The notes under the pieces: model-generated
What the model was told of the DNA's origin: nothing
What the model saw: only the letters and a program-made list of their open reading frames with translations
Databases searched by the model: none
Shown: positions 1-12,900 of the stretch, one piece after another
Layout of the letters: each line of letters begins with the position of its first letter
Numbering within the stretch: the first letter of the stretch is position 1
Program-made: the position numbers and the translations under genes
NCBI GenBank assembly: GCA_028534125.1
Contig: CM052817.1
Location: forward strand, 55,678,001-55,742,000
From: Lama glama
Taxonomy: Eukaryota
DNA length: 64,000 nucleotides
Direction: 5' to 3'

Positions 1-778
1 CATGCCCCAGGAGAATATACACCTGAGACATTAATAACCTTATTTTAATACAGAATTTTTTGTCATTTTTATTTATTGGTGGTTTTTTAGTTTATTTTAC
101 ATTGAGATGAGAATAGAGCCTTAAAAAACCTGAAATCTAATGAAACAAAAGCTGGATTATTAAAGCTGAATGCTAAAAGGACCATTTTGAGAAAATAAAA
201 TGTTAAAAACAAACACAGTCATTATATTAAAATAATTCAAGATGTACTGTTATTTTGACTATAATGAGAGCAACAGAATTTACCAGCAGTTCCTGATTTG
301 ATAATGTTTTCAAAGAAAGAAAAAGGACAATTTTTACATTTTATGGACTTACATCACAAAATCTACATGTCTCAAAAGCAAGGTTTTATGGATAAACATT
401 TATTGTTGTGAGGCTTATCTATAAGAGAAAAAAATCTTGTTTGTTTTCTTTGTTTTTGATGCTGAGGCATTTGTGCCAGTTTTATTTCCAGTAGACTTAT
501 CTTTAATTTCCTTAAAAAATGCTTAAATTAGCTTTAAGTTAAAACAATTGAAAATTTCAAGAAAGAAAAAAATACAGGAAAAGATGATATGTTTGATGAA
601 GTTGGCTGCTATTATTTTTCACTTATGATTTTCAATATGATTTCAATCTTTAGCAAATAAAAGGAAGAATATATCTTAACCTACATTAAGGGGAAATGAC
701 TACTTAAAGCTCTATAAATACATAAATATTTTTTAAATGTGTTAAAAGAAGTTAATATTACCTGATTCTTTAAATACA

Positions 779-930
779 GCAGCATTGCCCAAAATGGTAG
801 CCATGAGGTCTGTGACTATGTACATTTAAATTTAAATTGATAAATTAAATTCCATTAAAGTTTATTTACTCAGACACAGTAGGCACATTTCAAGTGCTCC
901 GTGTGGCTACTGGCTAGCATACAGCAACTA
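779..930. mobile_element. hAT-Charlie MITE, MER3-like
   Basis: cagcattgcccaaaatggtagcc...AT-rich core...cacatttcaagtgctc..gtggctactggctag resembles the MER3 consensus. Confidence 0.75.
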
Positions 931-1944
931 GACAGATCTGCAGAGTGACTTTAAAAAATAACACACAAGGATTGTCTTATAGAAAGGTCCTACATTTCTC
1001 ATTTTTAAAGACTACTTTTTTTTTTTCTATGACCAATGCTAGTTGAATAGGAACACAACCTAGATTTTCTCTAAGGAAAAGAGAAAGTGAATATATTTAT
1101 CTTTTTTTAAATTTCCTTGATGGAAATAATACCACATAGCCATAGCCATCTACAACCACTAGGATGCATAACTTTTGTTTCTTTAAAAAGCTGTAATCTG
1201 TGAGTTGTGAGCATGCTAATACTTATTTAAATCTCTCTGTGTATTGCTGGCACTGAGAATTTTACTCCCTCCCAAAACCCCATTAAAATTAAAGTTTTTT
1301 TTTTTTAAAGGACTTAGACCAAGAAGTTTGGAGAGAATAGAGCAAGAGACACTGATCACAGAAGTTTAGTATCTGGCAGGTAGATAGATGAAATGAAATA
1401 GATCTGAGTCAGCCTATAAGCCACTAATGAGGAGAATGTAGAAACAACTCATTATACCAAAGAATCCTCAAAAATGTCAGAAAAGAGGACAGATATTTGC
1501 ACTGAAACATTTATACAGGAAAAAAAAATATATCGAGAATGGTCTCTATTCAGTAGACTTTGATCTAAAAAATGATAATCAGAACTAGTAAAAATATTAT
1601 TTGGTGTTTGATTTTCAAATAAAAATATTATAGACTAGTGATTAGAAACTGTGGAAATGGCTGTTTTTCATATACATATGAAATATGTATATATACACCA
1701 GAAAATACAATTTGAATAAATATTACAGGTAAATAAAAAATAAAATGCTGATAACATATGGAAAAATACATTTTTAGAAAAATACTATAGAAATGTTACT
1801 AAAGATATATATGACCTAGAAATTAATTAAATACATGGATGTGTACCTAGAATTATACTATTGTTAGTGTTTTGATAATCAGTATGAAATATTTTCTTGC
1901 CTTAACATGCACAGCAACATTTTTATTAAAAAAAACAATTTTGC

Positions 1945-2078
1945 GGGGTAGGGTATAGCTCAAGCAGTAGGGCACATGCTTAGCATGCACAAAGTCCTGT
2001 GCAGGAGGTCCTGGGTTCAATCCCCAGAACCTCCTCTAAAAATAAATAAATAAAATAAACCTAATTACCTCCCACACC
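1945..2078 (+). mobile_element. tRNA-Ala-derived camelid SINE (Vic-1-like)
   Basis: A box tagctcaagcag, anticodon arm atgcttagcatgca, B box gggttcaatccc, (aaat)n and cctaattacctccc tail. Near-TSD aaaaacaatttt (1931-1942) / aaaaacattttt (2079-2090). Confidence 0.85.
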
Positions 2079-3866
2079 AAAAACATTTTTAATAAAAATA
2101 ATTTTAAAATAATTTTATTTTGGAAATATGCATCCAATAAAATAAAACATTGTATCAAACTCCATTTCAAAAATGATAGATTTCAATAATTTTAGTATTC
2201 TTTTCATTCTTGAATAGGTCCCAGATTGGACTGTAATTTTGTTTGTCCTTCTGCTAATCAATGGAGCTCTCAGTGTGCCAAGCATAATGGTTGATACATG
2301 GTCTGTCCTTGAGCACACTTGGATTGTTGGGTGACCCTATGAAGTAGGCTAATTGCATGTAAGATCATTTATCCTGAGTATTTGAAATAGTGAAATGTTG
2401 ACCAATACCTTAGGTAGCCCTTTGAAGTAACAAATGTTTCAGCTAGGTGTTTGGCTGGAGATTCAAGATACTGTTTCTAGGTATAATGTCAACTTTCAGA
2501 GAAGGCCTATAATCTCCAGAGCTCACTTGTCATTGAAATGTTGAGACAAACCAAATGGAAAGAACCCTGAGTTCTGCCTGAAATGTCTTCCAGAAGTTTA
2601 CTTTTAATTTAGGTATTAAAAAATATATATGTATATATTACTAGCATTTATACATTTTAAATTGATCACTTTTCATTTGTTTTAGATACCAGTGACCCAC
2701 GCTAGACTTTTTGATTAAAACTTAAATTTGCAAATCTTTGAAAGGATATAACTTATATTCTTGTCCTAATTGGGAGCTAGGTTCCCTTATTATTCAAACC
2801 TGAGAGCAGAAAATCTGAAGATAAGATCAGGACTTTCCAAAGGAAAGTGATCATGAGTCTGCTCAAAGTTAAAACTCCAAAGTCCAGCACTCTAGAGCAT
2901 GAGGGGGATACTTAGACCAGGAAAATGTTGTCATCACATACACATTTTCAAATTTCCTGAGAGTAAGACTGAGAGTAATTTTTTAGCTCATCCTGTGATG
3001 CAGCCATGTATATTGGTTCTAAATGGGTTTAGATTAATGTGGATTGGATTGGGCAAGTGGTAGAGGTCATTGAAGACCTCTGGGAGAAGCAGTATAAACA
3101 GTTCCTATCAAATTAAATATTACACATGGTCCATGACAAAATGAACTCATCATGGAGTCTGTTTCCGCCATGGTGCTTTCCTTCCAAGTAGAAAAGTCAC
3201 CTTACTACTGACTTCTCAGGCACCATTACTCTGATATTCTTCCAAAACCAGAACTGACTTCTTGCTTCAGAATTTCCATTCCTTACCAAGGAAAACTTGT
3301 TTCCTCTGGGCTCAATTTCTTTCAGGCCATCTCCTCATTGCTAAATTGGTGGTCCATTAATTTGACAAATGAAGACATCACAATGCTAACTCAAATTCAG
3401 TTAAACTTGTGGGCATCTAAACCAAGTTTATAACAGATCCTGTGGGGATTATAAAGAGGAGGTGTGAATCTAATTTTCCAGTGGCTAAACTAACTGCATT
3501 GGTGGCCATTCATTTCTTCTCACCCACATTAGATAAGGAAAGAGCCTGGAGGGAACAGCCCTCATTAATGTGTATTTTAAATGGGCAAAATATTCCACTA
3601 TTTCTTCCCTTGAAGTTAATATAAGCAGAGCACTGTGATGTGGGGGTTTATAGCTCAGTCTTAGGAGTAAGATTGGGCTAAGGCTTTGCTTATAAATGTT
3701 CATTATTCTATGTAGCTGTTGCTTTATGTTTATAATTTAATACTGGTCTTTTTTACATTAAATGATCAGAAACAGATGAACCTTTACATGTAAGAATACT
3801 TCATAGTTTAAATGACTATATCCTATTTATAGTGAAAAATAGTCATTTGTAGATTTAAGCAGCGAT

Positions 3867-3917
3867 TGATATATATATGTATATATATATACACACATAT
3901 ACATATGCATATATATG
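3867..3917. repeat. (TA)n/(CA)n microsatellite
   Basis: Directly visible dinucleotide runs. Confidence 0.9.
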
Positions 3918-5453
3918 TTTAAATATTAATATGTAAGAATTTAAATGCCTAGAATTTTAGTATGAAATAATTTATATGTCTATAAAATTCTGGTGCATTA
4001 TCTCTTATTAATAGTCACAAATGTGCCTAATGAAGATCTAGTTAAAGTAAAGCATTAGCATTGCCATGGCAAATGTAATCATAATTTTCTGAATTAATTT
4101 ATTAATTCATATTGCTTAGCTTAGGCATTATCTAGAAATATCTTTAGACATTTGCCTAAAGCATTCTGAAAAGGATCACATTTTATAAAATTACTCAAAA
4201 TTGTCCACAACAGTTATCTAGAACTGTTACTCCAAACTCTCTGTTATATGATCTGGAATGATTTACTTAAGGATTTATCACTGCTATGGTCAACGGATGT
4301 GAAGACATAAAAACACATAAGACAGGACTTTGCTTAAAGCAATAAGTAGCAAGCATGCTTTCCTCTTCCTCTTCAACCCTGCATCCAAAATTGTAATTAG
4401 ATGACTAACGTGAAAAATCAAAAGAGAGTTTATGTTTTGAATTAACATTTTTATGCTTATCTCATATTTCCCACATCCTTTTAGACATCTTAAGCACATG
4501 GCAGTTCAATATTAGAGGAAAGAATCAGTAATTCAAATGATCTCGTGAAACCAACAAGAAATAAACAATTAGGATTTTGTTATTGAGGAGTGACAAGAAA
4601 ATTGACTCAAATTGTCATATATTAAGTGTAGCCTAAGTAAGTTATTGCTTTAAGGAATCCCAATTGCTGATCAACAAATGAAGTGTTGGCTTTAAAACTT
4701 GAATTTGTTTTTCACTTTTGCATGTGTTTGATGTAGCATACTCTGGCCACTGCTGTATTTTGAAATTGCGGATCCTTTAATTATCTCTAGTCAGCAATCT
4801 TACATATTCTCCCAAAGGGAAATACATTCTTGCTGAAATATAATCACTGGACCATACCACTGGATGTTTAATCTTGGAGAAAGCAAATTTTCTTGTATTA
4901 TAAGACTGGGCTGATCAGAAGCAGCTATCTTTTATTCTTTTTCATGTCCGGATTATGCCTTCTGCTTCAGTGGAGAGGGGAACTGGGGACTGTCCATGGG
5001 ATTTTCTGCAATGTCAAACATGCACTGCTCTTAACAAATGTATTAAGCCTGCAGTTTGCAAACCTGCTGGAGTCATCAGTATTTTAATTTCATAAATATC
5101 TTCAGTTTTTAAATTACTGCAAAGTATAACCCAGAAAGACAGAACTGCACTGCCGATGGAATGCCCTCATGCCAGCTTCTCTACTTTTTAAGTATTTTTA
5201 GTGCTTCTCTAAATAAATTCTTGGTGATTATAAAAATGGAATAAGCCTTTCTGATGAGATATCTGAGTGACCTACCAGACACAGACAGATTGAGTTTTGA
5301 AGTGTGCAGTTACATTTTAGCAGATAGAAGAAATGTCATGAGTTAATAATTTTTATTGTTTTCGTTTTGAGTTTTTTTCCTCTTGTTTCTGAAACTCAGT
5401 AATGGATTCTTAATTGTCTTTTGAGTCATCTCCTTCTGATGACTATCCCCCCA

Positions 5454-5502
5454 ACACACACATACACACACGTACACGTGCACACACACAAACATACACA
5501 TA
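5454..5502. repeat. (CA)n-type microsatellite
   Basis: acacacacatacacacacgtacacgtgcacacacaca. Confidence 0.9.
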
Positions 5503-6169
5503 CTTAATTTTCTTTCTTTAAGAAATTCTTAATTTTCTTTTGAATGGATTCTTAATTATCTAGTGAGAAAGACAATATCTTAATAATTATCCTGCTTAAT
5601 GTAAATGCTTTCTTAAAAGTTCATCTCTGTTAGTCTTTTATAAAATAACAAGAGTTTCAGGACTGTTTTCTTCTTGGTGAGTGGGAAGCCATGATCATTT
5701 TGACATACAACACATGCATGCATACTGTGTAGAAAAAACCATTGGCAAATTATATAAATTAAGCTACTTGACTATTACTGAGATGAATTAACAAATTATT
5801 TTAAAATATATTTTGCATTTAATAAGTTTACTGTTGCCCCAATAGATATTAACTTGTTATAATATATAAAATTTTTAATAAACATGTATTTGTTATTTTT
5901 CAAAAATTGTTCAGTCTTTGCACTCTGAAATGAAATAAGAAATCATGATGTATTATTAAACGAAGAAACCTAATTCACAAATATATAACTCTGTTATTCA
6001 ATGCTCCAAATATTAGCATTCAAATATTAGCAATAGTTCACACAAGCATATTCATGCACACACAAGCAGAGCATGTGCAGGAGATAGATAAGTAAGAGTT
6101 AATGAATAAAAACAATGTGTGTTCTAAGATGAAACTATGATTTATAACAGTTTCAGATTATGGTAGAGA

Positions 6170-6310
6170 AGCCACATGAATATAATTTAGTTGAATGTTC
6201 TCATTTTGTAGATAAGGGAAGGGACCCTTAGAGAACTTAGTGTGAAAAAAAGAGTGACAGATCCAAACTAAAACTCTGATTCCTTGTCCCTGGTTCCATC
6301 TTCATATCAA
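6170..6310 (-). mobile_element. MIR SINE fragment
   Basis: ctcattttgtagataagggaa...actctgattcc resembles the reverse MIR core. Confidence 0.5.
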
Positions 6311-6419
6311 GTGCCATTTTAATTAAGGAAGATAACATCAAACACCAGTAAGATGAATTCAGCTAAATAAAGGATGAGGAGACAGTTAAGAGTTAACTCT
6401 GTCCTGTGCAATTTTTCAT

Positions 6420-6592
6420 GAACAGAAGCAGCAGAAAATTTTTGAGGTTATGGAACTCTTCTTTATCTTGATTATGGATGCAATTTGAGGACTATATACA
6501 TTTCTCCAAACTTACAGACCTGTACACTTTTTTAAAAGGGTGAAATTTACTGTATGTAATTTGTATATTAATTTTTAAATATGATTTTTAAA
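6420..6592 (+). mobile_element. Old L1 (L1MB/MC/ME-type) 3' end
   Basis: ggttatggaactcttctttatcttgatt...ctgtacactt...gggtgaaatttactgtatgtaa is typical of an ancient L1 3' UTR terminus. Confidence 0.7.
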
Positions 6593-6685
6593 AAAACTTG
6601 AGCTCTTAACTACTGTGTCATATTGGTTTTAACCAAAAGATAAGATTTGTATTTACTTTTCTCCCTATAAAAGCCTGACAGTAAG

Positions 6686-7159
6686 TGTAGGGGTTAGGAA
6701 CGGACCCCAAGATGGGCCATCGTGGCCTGTGGATTAGTTTGAGCTAAAGGCAATGGAGACCCTGTGGGTTTAAGAGACATGACTGTCCCTCCCTTAACTA
6801 GCTAGAATAACTTAAATTGGAGATATTTCCCAGAGAAAAAGAGATATTACCAGAGATAAATGTTATCTAAGCTGTGCCATCTGTGTGGCAGGGCAAACAC
6901 TTAATTACCAAACATCTGCTCTTCTCATAGTCCTGTGAGTGACTCTCCTGTCCTTGGAAGTCCCAGGCCTCTGTCTCACTCTAGCTCAGGATGCCATGTT
7001 GACCTCATTCTACTTTCTGTCTTTGAACCTCTCCTGTATGTGGGGTTCTTTTACATATGAAATTAAATTTGATTTTCTCTTATTAATCTGTCTCATGTTG
7101 ACTTAACTCTTAGACCAGCCAGAAGAACCTAGAAGGGCAAAGGGAAATTCTTTCCAACA
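6686..7159 (+). mobile_element. ERV1-class solo LTR, MER34-like
   Basis: TG...CA termini; 5' ccccaagatgggcc..ggattagtttgagctaaaggcaat and 3' attaaatttgattttctcttattaatctgtct..gaacctag; 4-bp near-TSD taag/tacg. Confidence 0.75.
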
Positions 7160-8344
7160 TACGTTAGTCATCATAAAGACAACAGTGAAAGGAGAGAGTA
7201 AACAGAGGAAGGACAGCGAAGGTTTCTGAAGAATGTGATAATCAAATTGAGCCCAAACACTAAACTGAAATGAGCCAGGAGTCAAAGAACAGAGAAAAGT
7301 ATTACAAATGTTTCCATGGAACTTAAAGAAATACAGTGTGGCCAGACTGGAAGACAGAGGGTGTCACTCAGGATTCTCTTCTATTTACAGGGCAGAAGGA
7401 GAAAACGCACAAAACGTAATTAATTGCCAGAGCAGGAAAGATTAATTGGCATAAGCTTAAAAGAGTGGAGAAATAGCACGTTAAAAACTGGTATATCCCT
7501 CAGGTTCTATTTCACTCAAAAGCAGTATCTTCTCTGTATTATATTAGACAGGGGATCCCCAATATCTGCTTGGAAACATGGGAATAACCTGAGATCTAAT
7601 CTATCAAACTGATGGCAGGATATTTTCTTGACATTTTAATCAGAGACTGGTGTCTCTTTTTCCCTCTAAGTATTTCATATGCTCTCTGATATTACAAGTA
7701 AAAGGAAAATGCTTCATAAAAGCCATTGTAATTGCCATTAAAAACTAGGAAGAAGAATAGGTAAAAGATTAATGTAGTTTCTGCAAAGACTGGGACAATC
7801 TCCCTTTATGCTTTCTATAATACTTATGGATGCAAACAGCAGGGAATCTTAAATGAAACTGGAGTTTCCTTGCATATTCATTCAGGTCAGCTATTTGAAA
7901 TTAAACACAATTTACCTGTGCCATGTAATGTTATTAAAAAGACAAAACCACAGGCTCCATTAAGGATGCTTGAATACAGAAAATGGTCAAAAATTTTGAA
8001 TAACTTTACCTAATACATACATAGCAGATCCATGCTTTACCTTTCACTCACGTTTTTCATATTGAATATTTCTGAAAAATAATGCATCTTATAATTATGT
8101 ATGCATTTCACATATTAGTGTTCTAGTTTTATTCCCTATAATTAACTGATGATAACTCATATTTCATTATTTTATAATTGAGGAAATATGGTATTTGTAC
8201 CAAGCCCTTTGTTAAAATCTGGGCCTCAGTGATAAGTACAAAATTTTAATCTCTTCTTTGTTATACTTAAAGTCTTACGGAGGAAAAAGCCATTAAGCAA
8301 CAATCTAAATACAACAATATAAAAATTAAATACAATTGTATTAA

Positions 8345-8692
8345 GTATCCATTTTTTAAAAATGTATTGTCTGCAATATGCCAAATTGTATTCTAAGTCC
8401 CAGGGACAAAATAGTGAAAAAGACAGATTATACTCTCCTCTGATGGAGCTATTACCTAGCAAAGGGGACAAATAATATAATTTTTTAAATAATTAAAATA
8501 AATCAAGGTAATGACAGTTGTTATGAGGAACAACAAATAGAATGAGACAGGAAAGAGTAACTGGGAGGCAGTCAAAAGTTGGAAGGATCATTTTGATTGC
8601 ATGCTCTGAAAAGGCTTCAATAGTGAGGTGAAGTTTGACTGAAAAGAGTATAACATTAAGGAGCTAGCCACAGAAATATGCAGAACAGAGAA
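8345..8692 (-). mobile_element. L2 LINE 3' fragment (continues at ~9000-9640)
   Basis: gggacaaaatagtgaaaaagacag..ctctcctctgatggagctta..ctag, followed by purine-rich reverse L2 body. Confidence 0.7.
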
Positions 8693-8694
8693 GA

Positions 8695-8884
8695 GCAAGA
8701 TCCAACTTGTCTCCTTTTTCCATAAACAAAGTTTTGCTGAAACACAGCTTTGCCTGCTTGTTTACATTGTCTGCAGCTGCTCTAATGCTACAACTGAAGA
8801 GCTGGGAATCGTGACAGAGACCATATGGCTCACCGACTGCAAAGTATTACCATCTGCCCTTAAGGCGTAAGTTTGACCCTCCTG
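8695..8884. mobile_element. hAT-Charlie MITE, MER58A-like
   Basis: ataaacaaagttttgctgaaacacagc..gtttacattgtct..gacagagaccatatggc..aagtttgaccctcctg. Confidence 0.8.
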
Positions 8885-8891
8885 ATCTAGA

Positions 8892-9001
8892 ATAGTGCTG
8901 CCCAACTGAACCAAACATGAGAGAAATGCTTTTCATACTACTTTGTTATTTGCAGCCATGTGTGGCAACTGAACATTTGAAAAGTGACCAGTGTAGCCAG
9001 G
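8892..9001. mobile_element. MER3/MER33-like hAT fragment
   Basis: agtgctgcccaa...gcagccatgtgtggcaactgaacatttgaaaagtgaccagtg. Confidence 0.6.
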
Positions 9002-9640
9002 TCTAGAGCAAGAGTATCTGGGGCATAGAAAACGACAACACAATGCTACTGGGACAGACCCACCAAACTTCTACAACAGAAAAGGACATCAAGGTGGCTG
9101 ACATGAAGGAGTCAGAGGCAAAGAGACTGGGGCTTAAAAGCTAGACAGATAAGAGATTATAAAATCTTGGAGGCGAGGCAAGGCATTTGGGTTTTATTCT
9201 AAAAATGATGGGAAGTCACCATAGGCTTTTAAGAAGGGGAGTGGCATAATCTTTTTTAAATTTTTTAAAATATCACTAGTGCTTCTGGATATCATAAAGA
9301 AAGTGTGTAAGTTGTTTTAAAAATCAAATGAGAGGCTTAGTGTTGTCATAGGTTCAGAGAGCTTTCCTAAGGATGTGTATGTTAAATTGGAAATGTAGAA
9401 ATGAGTAGGAAGCAGAAAAAAGAAGATGAGAAAGAGTATTTCAGGGAAATTAAGCAGCAGGTGCCATGACTTACCTTGAGGTGGGAGAAACACACTGTAT
9501 TCCAAAACCTGTAAAATCAGTGTGGCTGAAAGATAAGGAAAAAGACAGAGTAACAAGGAAGAGGTAAGGGAGCTAGATCATCACTGTCTGGTCGAGCATA
9601 TTAATAATGCAGGACTTATCTCAAGAGTGATGAAAAACTA
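9002..9640 (-). mobile_element. L2 LINE fragments
   Basis: aggcatttgggttttattctaaaaatgatgggaagtcaccataggcttttaag and gagctttcctaaggatgtg are reverse L2 motifs. Confidence 0.65.
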
Positions 9641-9727
9641 TTTTTCATAAAGGTCTCCTGTTTTTTCCACATGCTTGAACAATGGCACAAACATCAGTTC
9701 TAAAAAAATTCAAAATTACCACTTTTC

Positions 9728-10020
9728 AGGCCACTAACCACTTGTGGCTTCTGAGCACTGGATAGGTGGCTAGTCCAATGTGAGATTTACTATAAGCATA
9801 CAATACACATTCAATTTCAAAGACTTAGTACTATTAAAAAAGACTATGTAATATTTCATTAGTAAATTTCATATTGATCACAGATTGAAGTGAAAACATT
9901 CCAGATAGATTTAAAAAAATATGTAATCAATTTAAATTTTTTAAATGTTGCTGGAAAACTGAAACTTACATATGTGGCCCATATTTGAGGTGTGCATTGT
10001 ATTTCTGTTAGACAGCACTG
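9728..10020. mobile_element. hAT-Charlie MITE, MER33-like
   Basis: gccactaaccacttgtggc..gagcact..gtggctagtcc...atgtggcccatattt..gcattgtatttctgttagacagcactg. Confidence 0.8.
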
Positions 10021-10320
10021 ATCTATTAACCATAAGAGGGACAGTAGAGTCGAGTAGTTAAAAGGTTGGCAAATTGGGCTCCCCATTGCTTAAAAGAGCA
10101 CACATACTGTCACACTTCTGATCCCTTATAATGTGTCAGATGTATTTCCTCTGCCATTCTCTAAGGCTAGGAGGCAGTGGCCATTTTCAGATTGGTTTGG
10201 CTTGGCTAGAGCATTTGCAAGAGTCAGTATTATGCAGTGGGAAATGATAATGATTTAAATATGATTCAGTATATGCTATCTTTGTTAACTAACTTTTAAA
10301 ATATTAGTTTTCTTTGTAAA

Positions 10321-10374
10321 TGGTGGTGGTGGTGGTGATGGTGGTGGTGGTGGTTTGTGTGTGTATGTGTGTGA
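10321..10374. repeat. (GGT)n followed by (GT)n microsatellite
   Basis: Directly visible. Confidence 0.9.
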
Positions 10375-10637
10375 TGTTCCTTTACTAATGTTATCCATTC
10401 TGTGAATTTACTTTCATTAGTCTTATGTGAGCCTCCAGTGATGGTGTTAAAGTTTTTGCTGGAGGTCTTATTCCAAAAATCTATATTTCTTATTTCTGGG
10501 GACAGTTTAGCCTGAATTTTACAGAATGACTGGCTCCCTCTCTATTGCCACTTCAAGTACCAGGTAAGTACTGCACTGCTGCCTCAAATAATATTTTCAG
10601 CCTTTTTTTTTCTGTCTTTTTTTAAAATTGTCTTCAT

Positions 10638-11094
10638 GGATGGTGAATATATATGCAATTGAATATTACTCAACCATAAAAAAGAATGAAATTTTGCCAT
10701 TTGCAACAACATGTATGGACCTAGAGCGTATTATGCTAAGTGAAATAAGTCAGACAAAGAAATACAAATACTGTATGTTCTCACTTATATGTGGATTCTG
10801 AAAACTAAAACAGACAAACGAATATAAACACAGACTCACAGATACAGAGAACAAACCAGTGGTTACCTGAGGGGAGAGAAGTTGGAGTGGGGCAAGATAG
10901 GTGAAGAAGATTAAGAGGTACAAGCTGCTAGGTGTAAAGTAAGTAAGTTACAAAATATAATGTACAGCACAGAAAATATAGCCAATATTTTATAATAACT
11001 TTATATGGAGTATACTATATAAGAATATAAAATCACTATGTTGTCCACCTGAAATGAATATAAATTGTAAGTAATTATACTTCAATTTAAAAAA
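10638..11094 (+). mobile_element. 5'-truncated L1 (ORF2 C-terminus + 3' UTR)
   Basis: gaatattactcaaccataaaaaagaatgaaattttgccatttgcaacaacatg..atgctaagtgaaataagtcag...tatacttcaatttaaaaaa. Confidence 0.9.
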
Positions 11095-11894
11095 GCAATG
11101 GGTGTGGGGGCATGAAAAATTAGTGCTAGGTTTCATGATAATTTTCTGATTTGATTTCTCCTTAAGAAGAGAATGACTTGCCCTTTTCTTCATTACCACC
11201 CTGTGTATGAGGTTTTGGTGTCTAATGTGTCTGCCTCTGTAGGCTTCCCCACCTCTCTCTTTTCTGTCCATTTCTGTCCACAAAGGGTTATTTTATTTTT
11301 CAGACAAGTTAGTCCATTTGATATATTTAATACTGAAGAACTGTTTAGCAATTCCTTTTCTTTTATGCATAATATCAAACTGTACAGAATAACATTTTCA
11401 TTTTTCCTCTGAACAACTTAAAATACCATGAGGGCCCAGACTCTTTAAGAAGAGAAAGTGTGCTCACCCAGAAGAGTGCTTTATATTTCCATATGGATCT
11501 TCTGACCATTTTCTCATGACTGCTTTTTAGTAAATTCCAAACCTTTTGGAAATATTCCAGCTCAGGTATACAATATTAGCTGTGATGAGAAACAATGGAA
11601 TTCTAATAAACCCTGTTCATTTAAAAGACAAATACACAGCTATTTTGGTTGTTCACAATCTTGTTCCTAATGTATTCTTGGAAAATTTTGCAGGTGGAAA
11701 TAGTAAGATGTCACTTATGCCTCTTATTTTCCTCTTTTCTCTATCTGTGTTTCATGGATTGTTTCTTACTCCTAATATGGATGTCAAACGTTTACATTTG
11801 GCTTAGAACCTATTCCTTTTGCAACAGACAGCAATGACAAAGGCGGGATCAAAGTAAATTGTAGATCAATTGAATTAGAACAAAGACACTATGC

Positions 11895-12230
11895 TTTGTT
11901 TATCCATTCATCTTCTGTGTACCTTTTGGCTTTGTAAACAATGCTACTGTGACTGTTGGTGTACTCTTACTTTTCGAGCTCCTACTTTCGAATTCTTCTT
12001 GAGTATATAACAGCAAGTGGAATTGCTGGATCTTATGATGATTCTATGTTTAAATTTTTTAAGGGAACAGCATACTGTTTTCAATAGCAGTTATACCATT
12101 TTACACTCCTATCAGCAATTCACGTGGGTTTTAGTTTCTCCACATTCTTGCCAACAATTATTTTATTTTATTTTATTTTGTTTATTTTAAAGAACCATCC
12201 TTATAGATGGGAAGTGATGTCTCATTGTGG
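11895..12230 (-). mobile_element. L1 ORF2 3' fragment
   Basis: tttatccattcatc..aagtggaattgctggatc..tatgtttaa..catactgttttc..ttctccacattcttgccaaca. Confidence 0.8.
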
Positions 12231-12757
12231 CATGTATTATTATACTGAATATTATTTGAATTTGCTTTTGGGTGCTCTGTCTCTGTGTCTTTTGTTTAAC
12301 TTAGTAACTAAATTGTCTGATAAAGCATCATCTGATTTTGATAAATGTATGCTGCAAGGGCCCACCGTACGTCAAGGGTTCTGGGTTTTACTGCTTACTA
12401 TGTTCTCTTGTTCTCAGGATCATCTCCCCACTTGTGATTCTCTCTATAGCATTTACTTTCTTCTCGGTGTCATCTAGAGAAAAAGGGTGTGATTCCACAT
12501 TATTAATTAAAATACTTTATCTTCTCAGGACAGTTATATTTTAATATCTGATATTAAGAAAAAATTGAAGATCACTTATTGCTTGTTGTATCAAGACTAT
12601 TTTACTCAGTCTTTTCCTCACCACACTCTAAGTTCATAAAGATCCCCCTGATCAGTCTACAGTACTGATACTTGTGATCATAGACATGTTTGTTGGTATT
12701 TCTTATTTTTCTGGCTTTGTTCTGTATACCTATAGCTGTTGGTTAAATTGGTTCCAT

Positions 12758-12900
12758 CCCACCCTGTAAGGTTGATATTATTTCTCTCCCCATTTTTAAG
12801 TTAATAAACTGAGGAATAGAGAACTTAGTTAACTCGCCTGAACCACAAAGCTATTAGTGGAAATATAGAAATTTCACTTAGAAAGTGTTATACCAGAGCC
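12758..12900 (-). mobile_element. MIR SINE fragment
   Basis: ccccatttttaag..aaactgagg..agaga..gttaactcgcctgaaccacaaagcta. Confidence 0.7.
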
